Assembly: GCA_965237415.1 (NCBI GenBank)
Contig: CBDEFM010000002.1
Location: forward strand, 3,168,001-3,232,000
DNA: 64,000 bases
From: Alphaproteobacteria bacterium
GTDB lineage: Bacteria > Pseudomonadota > Alphaproteobacteria > UBA828
Direction of reading: 5' to 3'
Positions 57,340 to 64,000 of the stretch are shown here, piece by piece. Numbering within the stretch: position 1 is the first letter of the stretch; the number at the start of each line of letters is the position of its first letter. A program made the position numbers and the translations under genes. A model generated the notes under the pieces. That model made no database searches and was not told where the DNA came from. It saw only the letters and a list, made by a program, of their open reading frames with translations.

Positions 57340-59216
57340 CAGGCGGTCTCGTTCGGTCGTGGCACGGGCGTGAGGGAGCGTGCGCGCGCCGAGGGGTCAC
57401 GGCGCTGAACCTCGCGCAGGATGTCGCGTGCGATCGGCGCCGCTACGGAACCGCCGTCGCCTCCGTGCTCGACGACGACGGCGACGCCGTACCGCGGCCG
57501 CTCGAGCGGCGCGTAGGCGACGAAGAGCGCGTGGTCGCGCTCCTTCCACGGGCGGTCCTCGTTCTTCACCACGCCCGAGCGGCGCTCGCGCTCGGAAATC
57601 CGCCGTACCTGCACGCTTCCGGTCTTGCCGGCCATGGCGAGCGTCGGTTCCTCGATGCGCGCGCGGTAGGCGGTGCCCTTGGGGTCGTTCACGACCTTGA
57701 GCATGCCCTCGCGGACGATATTGAAGTGCGCCGGCGAGATTCCCATCGTGGAGAAGGTCTCGCGCTCCCGCGCAATCGGTTGCCCATCGCGGATGACCTC
57801 AGCCAGGACGCGCGGCTCGACCGCAATGCCGCCGTTCGCGATGCGCGCCACCATCACCGCGAGCTGGAGCGGTGTTGTGAGCAGGTAGCCCTGGCCGATG
57901 CCGACGATGAGCGTCTCACCGCCCTGCCAGGGCTCGCCGATCTTGGCGAGCTTCCACTCGCGTGTCGGCACCAGGCCCGGTTTCTCCCCCGGCAGCTCGA
58001 TGTCGAGCTTGCGGCCGAAACCGAACCGCTCCGCCATCGCGGCGATCCGGTCGATCCCGACACGCTTGGCGAGCTCGTAGAAGTAGACGTCGCACGATTC
58101 CGTGAGGCCTTTCACCATGGCGACGTGCCCGTGGCCGTAGCTCCGCCAGCATCGGAATCGGCGTTTCCCGAGCTTGAGAGATCCGGGGCAATAGAAGCTG
58201 TGATGCGGGCTGACCTCGCCGCTTTCGAGCGCGGCCAGCGCCACGATCATCTTGAACGTCGATCCCGGCGAATACTGGCCGGAGATCGACTTGTTGGTGA
58301 GTGGGAAGCGCGGATGGCCGATCAGCTCGCGCCACTGCCGCTGGCTGATGCCGGACGTGAACAGGTTGGGGTCGTAGCTCGGCATCGACGCCAGTGCCAG
58401 AATCTCGCCGGAATGGACATCGAGGACCACGGCCGATCCGCTCTCCTCGCCGAAGCGTGCCGAGACGTACTGCTGAAGCCCGAGGTCGATGGTCAGCATG
58501 TGGTCGTCGCCCGGTCGGCCGGTCCGGCGGCTGAGCTCGCGGATCACGCGACCATAGGCGTTGACCTCGACCTGTCGGGAGCCGGCTTCGCCGCGGAGCG
58601 AAGTCTCCAGCACCTTCTCGGCGCCGTTCTTGCCGATGCGGAAGTCCGGAAGCGTGAGCAGCGGATCGCCCGTCAGCTCCGATTCATTGACGGCGCCGAC
58701 GTAGCCGACGATGTGGACCGTGTCGGGCCCGAAGGAGTAGAGGCGGCGGCGGCCGACGTCGATCATCACGCCGGGCAGATCGGGCGCGTTGACCTCGATC
58801 TGCGAGACTTCCTCCCACGTCAGGTTCTCGCGGACCGTGATGGGAACGAACTTCTGCTTGCGCCTGGCCTCGCGCAGGACCCGCTCGCGATCGTGGTCTT
58901 CGATCGGCACCAGCTGAGCGATTTCGTCCAGGGCCCGGTTGAGATCCAGCGCCGCCTCAGGCACCAGGATCAGCCGATAGTTGAGCCGGTTCTCAGCGAG
59001 AATCTGGCCGAACCGGTCGAAGATGCGGCCCCGCGCCGGCGGCAGAAGCTGCATGTTGATGCGGTTCTCGTCGGCGAGAACCTGATAGCGCTCGGAGTCG
59101 ACGACCTGAAGTTGATAGAGCCGCCCGGCGAGGCCGGCCGTCAGCAGCGCCTGCGCGCCGCCCACGATGATGGCGCGGCGCGTGAAGAGGTTGGCGCGCC
59201 CTGTCTCGCCCCGCAT
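57339..59216 (-). CDS. mrdA: Penicillin-binding protein 2
   Basis: PGSTFK (SxxK), SCDVYFY and KTG motifs. Confidence 0.97.
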   Translation of the reverse strand: MRGETGRANLFTRRAIIVGGAQALLTAGLAGRLYQLQVVDSERYQVLADENRINMQLLPPARGRIFDRFGQILAENRLNYRLILVPEAALDLNRALDEIAQLVPIEDHDRERVLREARRKQKFVPITVRENLTWEEVSQIEVNAPDLPGVMIDVGRRRLYSFGPDTVHIVGYVGAVNESELTGDPLLTLPDFRIGKNGAEKVLETSLRGEAGSRQVEVNAYGRVIRELSRRTGRPGDDHMLTIDLGLQQYVSARFGEESGSAVVLDVHSGEILALASMPSYDPNLFTSGISQRQWRELIGHPRFPLTNKSISGQYSPGSTFKMIVALAALESGEVSPHHSFYCPGSLKLGKRRFRCWRSYGHGHVAMVKGLTESCDVYFYELAKRVGIDRIAAMAERFGFGRKLDIELPGEKPGLVPTREWKLAKIGEPWQGGETLIVGIGQGYLLTTPLQLAVMVARIANGGIAVEPRVLAEVIRDGQPIARERETFSTMGISPAHFNIVREGMLKVVNDPKGTAYRARIEEPTLAMAGKTGSVQVRRISERERRSGVVKNEDRPWKERDHALFVAYAPLERPRYGVAVVVEHGGDGGSVAAPIARDILREVQRRDPSARARSLTPVPRPNETA

Positions 59217-59217
59217 C

Positions 59218-59733
59218 TCACTCGGGCCGTGCGGCGGCGAGCGCGCCGAGAGGACGGAAGAACAACACGAATACCGGGAAGAGCAGAATCGTCAGGACGA
59301 CCTGCACGACGATCGGCAGCGGTGGAATGACCATACCGAAACAGGCGGAGCCGATGATCCAGCTGAGCAGCCCGATGGCCGGCATGACCATGGAGAAGCC
59401 CCACCAGACGACGAGAAAGGGCTTGCCGCGGAAAAACGTTCGCTGCGAGGCGACGACTCCTTGCACGATGAGAAGCACCAGCGCCGTCATGCCGAGCGGG
59501 GTGCCCGCCAGCAGGTCCTGCAGCAGGCCGATGGCGAAGGTCGCCGCATAGGGGAGTCGCTCCGGCCGGTAGATGGTCCAGTAGAAGATCGCCATCGCCG
59601 CGAGGGCCGGCGTGACCTCGACGACGCCGGGCAGCCGCCAGGGGAGCGAGCCGGCGAAGACGAACACCACCGTGACGGTCACCGGGATCAGGCCGCGCAA
59701 TGAGCGATCGGCCGATTGCAGCCATTCGCCCAT
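59218..59733 (-). CDS. mreD: Rod shape-determining protein MreD
   Basis: IFYWTIYRP and GLLQDLLAGTPLG motifs; synteny. Confidence 0.9.
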   Translation of the reverse strand: MGEWLQSADRSLRGLIPVTVTVVFVFAGSLPWRLPGVVEVTPALAAMAIFYWTIYRPERLPYAATFAIGLLQDLLAGTPLGMTALVLLIVQGVVASQRTFFRGKPFLVVWWGFSMVMPAIGLLSWIIGSACFGMVIPPLPIVVQVVLTILLFPVFVLFFRPLGALAAARPE

Positions 59734-60614
59734 CACTCAAGGCTCCCGGTGCGGGCGGCGCGGCGTGTCTCGGGGAAGACGCCCGGCACCACGTAATCGA
59801 GGACGGTGACGAAATCGAGCCGCTCCCAGACCACGAAGGGTTGCACCGTTGCCTGGTCCTTGTCGACCGCAGAAACGATTCCGACTTCGAGCGCCGGCGG
59901 GAACATCCCGCCTTCGCCCGACGTCACGATCCGGTCGCCGGGCTTCACCCTGGCGTCGGTCGCGAGGAAGGCGAGGTAAGGATTCGGGCTGTTGTCGCCG
60001 CGAAGGATCGTCCGGTCCCGGCTCTCCTCCAGGACCACGGGAATGCGCGAGTTCAGATCCGTGAGCAGGAGGATTCGCGCCGTATGGTCGCCCACCTCCA
60101 GCACGCGGCCGACCAGCCCGTCGTGGTTGACCACCGCCTGGCCCTTGCGCACGCCGTGGGTTTTGCCCGCGTTGACCATGACCATATGGATAAAGGGCCC
60201 GCCCGAATCCGCAATCACGCGGGCGGTGATGAACTGCGCCCTCTGATCGGGCACGACCTTGAGCATCCGGCGGAACATCTCGTTCTCGTAGCCCAGCTGC
60301 TCCGCCACCGCCTGCCACTTGCGGAGCTGGGCGTTGTCGTACTCGAGGCGTTCGTTGCGCTCGTGGACGGCCAGGATACCGTTAAGCTCGTCGAACCCGT
60401 CGGCGATGGTCGCCGCCGGGCGCGAGAAGAAGCTGAATAACGGGGCTACCGTGTCCGCGACGCCGACACGCAGCGTCTCGACCAAGCGGGGCTCCGCCTG
60501 GCTCAAGATCATCAGGGTTATCGCCGCACCGGCCAGAATCGCGTAGCCGAAGCGGTGGGCGAAGACCCTGCCCGGCACGGCCAGGACAAGATTGCGCCCC
60601 CGGCCAACCCTCAC
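59733..60614 (-). CDS. mreC: Rod shape-determining protein MreC
   Basis: Coiled coil; ARVIAD, GLVGRV, LLLTDLNSRIPV and TSG.GG.FP motifs. Confidence 0.95.
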   Translation of the reverse strand: MRVGRGRNLVLAVPGRVFAHRFGYAILAGAAITLMILSQAEPRLVETLRVGVADTVAPLFSFFSRPAATIADGFDELNGILAVHERNERLEYDNAQLRKWQAVAEQLGYENEMFRRMLKVVPDQRAQFITARVIADSGGPFIHMVMVNAGKTHGVRKGQAVVNHDGLVGRVLEVGDHTARILLLTDLNSRIPVVLEESRDRTILRGDNSPNPYLAFLATDARVKPGDRIVTSGEGGMFPPALEVGIVSAVDKDQATVQPFVVWERLDFVTVLDYVVPGVFPETRRAARTGSLE

Positions 60615-60671
60615 TCAGACCTCCATACAGTACGCGGTGTATTCCGAATCGAGGCCCGCGTAGCGGGATGT

Positions 60672-61727
<1,056 letters not shown>

Positions 61728-61786
61728 CTAAACGGCAGCGGGGCGGGCCGGGGCGGGCAGACTGCAGCCGCAGCCCGCCCCGTCGT

Positions 61787-63337
61787 TCACGCTGACAACG
61801 CCTCCGGGGCCGTCTTCTGCCGCTTGACCAGAAGCTTGTTGAGCGCGTGCACATAGGCCAACACCGAGGCCACGATGGTATCGATATGTGCACTGTGCCC
61901 GTTCACAGTTCTCCCGTTCTCCTCCAGCCGCACGCTTACCTCGGCCTGCGCATCGGTCCCTTCGGTCACCGCGTGGACCTGATAAAGCTGCAGCTTGGCC
62001 TCGTGTGGATAGATCGCCTTGATGGCGTTGAACGCCGCATCCACGGGGCCGTTGCCCGTGGCACGCGCCTCGCTCTCCTCGCCGTCGACGCTGAGCGAGA
62101 GCGACGCCTCCTGCGGTCCTGACGATCCGCAGGATACCGAGAGAGATTCGAATCGGATCCGGTCGTTCGCGCCCGCGACCTCGGTGTCCACGAGCGCGAT
62201 GATGTCCTCGTCGAAGAGTTCTTTCTTCTTGTCGGCGAGGTCCTTGAAACGCACGAACGCTTCCTGAAGCGCGTTGTCGCCGAGCTCGGTATAGCCGAGG
62301 TTCCGCAGCTTCTCGCGGAAGGCATGCCGGCCCGAATGCTTGCCCATGACGAGCGTGGACTGCACGAGACCGACGGATTCGGGCGTCATGATCTCGTAGG
62401 TCTGTGCGTCCTTGAGGACGCCGTCCTGGTGAATCCCCGCTTCGTGGGCGAAGGCATTGGCGCCGACGATCGCCTTGTTCGGCTGCACGACGAAGCCGGT
62501 GACCGCCGAGACCAGGCGGGACGCCCGCATGATGTTCTCGGTCTTCACCCCGGTCTCGTAGCTGAGCAGGTCGTTGCGGGTGCGGATCGCCATGACGATC
62601 TCTTCCATCGCGGCGTTGCCCGCGCGCTCGCCGAGCCCGTTGATGGTGCACTCCACCTGCCGCGCGCCGGCCTGCACGGCGCTCAGCGAATTCGCGACCG
62701 CGAGGCCAAGATCGTTGTGGCAATGGACGGAGAGCACCGCCTTGTCGATGTTGGGCACCCGGTCGAAAAGCATTTCGATCAGCGCCGCGAACTCGTCGGG
62801 CACCGCGTAGCCGACCGTGTCGGGGATGTTGATGGTGCCCGCACCCGCCTTGATCGCCGATTCGACGCAGCGGCAGAGGAAGTCATGCTCGGTGCGCGAG
62901 CCGTCCTCGCAGGACCACTCGACATCGTCGGTGAACTTGCGGGCGTAGCTCACACTGTCGATCACCGCCGCATGGACGTCCTCGGGCTCCATCTGCAGCT
63001 TGACGCGCATGTGGAGCGGGCTGGTCGAGATGAAGGTGTGGATGCGCCCGGACCTTGCCGGCGCGAGCGCCTCGGCCGCCCGGTCGATGTCCCGCCGGCC
63101 TGCGCGGGCGAGGCCGCACACGGTGCTCTCAGTCACCACCTTGGCAACCTCGCGCACCGCTTCGAAATCGCCGTTCGACGCGATGGGGAAGCCCGCCTCG
63201 ATCACGTCGACCCTCATCTCCTCAAGGGTCTCGGCGATCCGGAGCTTCTCTTCCAGATTCATCGACGCGCCCGGCGACTGTTCGCCGTCGCGCATCGTTG
63301 TATCGAATATTCGGACTCGGTTCCCTGTATCGGTCAT
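61787..63337 (-). CDS. leuA: 2-isopropylmalate synthase (alternative start 63346)
   Basis: FDTTMRDGEQSPG, HCHNDLG, GERAGN and GKHSGR motifs; C-terminal regulatory domain GNGPVDA. Confidence 0.97.
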   Translation of the reverse strand: MTDTGNRVRIFDTTMRDGEQSPGASMNLEEKLRIAETLEEMRVDVIEAGFPIASNGDFEAVREVAKVVTESTVCGLARAGRRDIDRAAEALAPARSGRIHTFISTSPLHMRVKLQMEPEDVHAAVIDSVSYARKFTDDVEWSCEDGSRTEHDFLCRCVESAIKAGAGTINIPDTVGYAVPDEFAALIEMLFDRVPNIDKAVLSVHCHNDLGLAVANSLSAVQAGARQVECTINGLGERAGNAAMEEIVMAIRTRNDLLSYETGVKTENIMRASRLVSAVTGFVVQPNKAIVGANAFAHEAGIHQDGVLKDAQTYEIMTPESVGLVQSTLVMGKHSGRHAFREKLRNLGYTELGDNALQEAFVRFKDLADKKKELFDEDIIALVDTEVAGANDRIRFESLSVSCGSSGPQEASLSLSVDGEESEARATGNGPVDAAFNAIKAIYPHEAKLQLYQVHAVTEGTDAQAEVSVRLEENGRTVNGHSAHIDTIVASVLAYVHALNKLLVKRQKTAPEALSA

Positions 63338-63520
63338 GACGGGCATCCTTTCACCCCGGCGGCTACGACGGTCATCGCACTCCCCTGGACAGCGGCCGCG
63401 TGCGCGGCGCACCGCTCAGGGGCGAATAAGTCGCAGCCCGCGTGGGATGGGACATGCCGTGGTCGCCGCAACGCACGAATCGGTCCTGCCAGCCGGCTTA
63501 CTCTCCGTAGGCACCGTCAT
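63334..63520 (-). promoter_or_regulatory. Putative leuA leader/attenuator: leader ORF, hairpin and second uORF
   Basis: Leader ORF 63520-63416 ends ...GLRLIRP*; hairpin CCCCTG-AGCGG...CCGCT-GTC-CAGGGG at 63382-63422; uORF 63375-63334 overlaps the leuA ATG. Confidence 0.55.
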
Positions 63521-63682
63521 CGGACCATCGCCCTCGACCCCATTCGCACGACATAGGCAACCGGTCGGCGCGGCACAAGGCCTATTCGCCGCCCCGAACT
63601 GCTGACCTTGTACGCCCAACCTCTTGGGCGAAGCAATGAATTTGTCGCCTGCCGCTAGTTTCCCTGTCCGTTCGGGGCCTCG

Positions 63683-64000
63683 TCAGTTCTTGCTGCGGTC
63701 CACCAGCCGGGCTTCGGTGATCCACGGCATCATCGCCCGCAGCCGCTCGCCCACCTCCTCCAGCGGGTGTTCGGCCGCCCGCGCGCGCATCGCCTTGAAC
63801 GACGCTTGCCCGGCCACGTTCTCGGTCATCCACTCCGTGGTGAAGCGGCCGTTCTGGATATCGGCGAGAATCGTCTTCATGCGCTCCCGAGTCCCCTCGT
63901 CGATCACGCGGGGTCCCCGCGTGTAGTCGCCGTACTCTGCGGTGTTGGAGATCGAGTAGCGCATGTTGGCGATGCCGCCCTCGTACATCAGGTCGACGAT
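63683..64000 (-). CDS. ilvC: Ketol-acid reductoisomerase, 3' portion (runs off the window)
   Basis: [26 protein letters not shown] and [13 protein letters not shown] motifs. Confidence 0.96.
   Translation of the reverse strand: MVDLMYEGGIANMRYSISNTAEYGDYTRGPRVIDEGTRERMKTILADIQNGRFTTEWMTENVAGQASFKAMRARAAEHPLEEVGERLRAMMPWITEARLVDRSKN

Noticed and set aside
61739-61782. CGGGGCGGGC...GCCCGCCCCG hairpin between leuA and mreB as an intrinsic terminator
   Set aside because: The stem is real, but no U-tract follows and the sequence is low-complexity GC, so function is unsupported.

Overview
High-GC alphaproteobacterial chromosome segment, with Rhodospirillales-like gene order. Most of it is core genome: tRNA-Cys, DUF3576-leuS-lptE-holA, ccmDEFGHI, nfi, cspA, heparinase-rpe-rsmB, cytochrome c/kdsB, tkt-gap-pgk-fbaB, mreBCD-mrdA-rodA, leuA and the 3' end of ilvC. 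Accessory blocks interrupt it: (1) about 11.8-23.2 kb holds a decayed porin, a frameshifted 2OG-Fe(II) oxygenase, a CUT1 ABC importer with an asymmetric ATPase pair, an intradiol dioxygenase, a divergent Amt channel with a small membrane partner, and a DsbA-family protein; (2) about 23-32 kb holds DMT transporters, an orphan AcoX-like kinase and a NUDIX-RND-nfi run; (3) about 49.5-56 kb holds an RfaH-headed surface-glycan mini-locus and an aminotransferase/hydratase pair. I saw no transposase, integrase, CRISPR array or rRNA. The best leads are: an Amt with a remodelled substrate site plus a small protein in place of GlnK; an apparently catalytically dead N-terminal part of a class II aldolase coupled to pgk; three copies of a YTAGCCCGGAWTTCTCRCC repeat at synteny breakpoints; a two-uORF hairpin leader on leuA; and a single-lobe TAXI protein. 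All protein calls come from motif recognition by eye. No database search was run.
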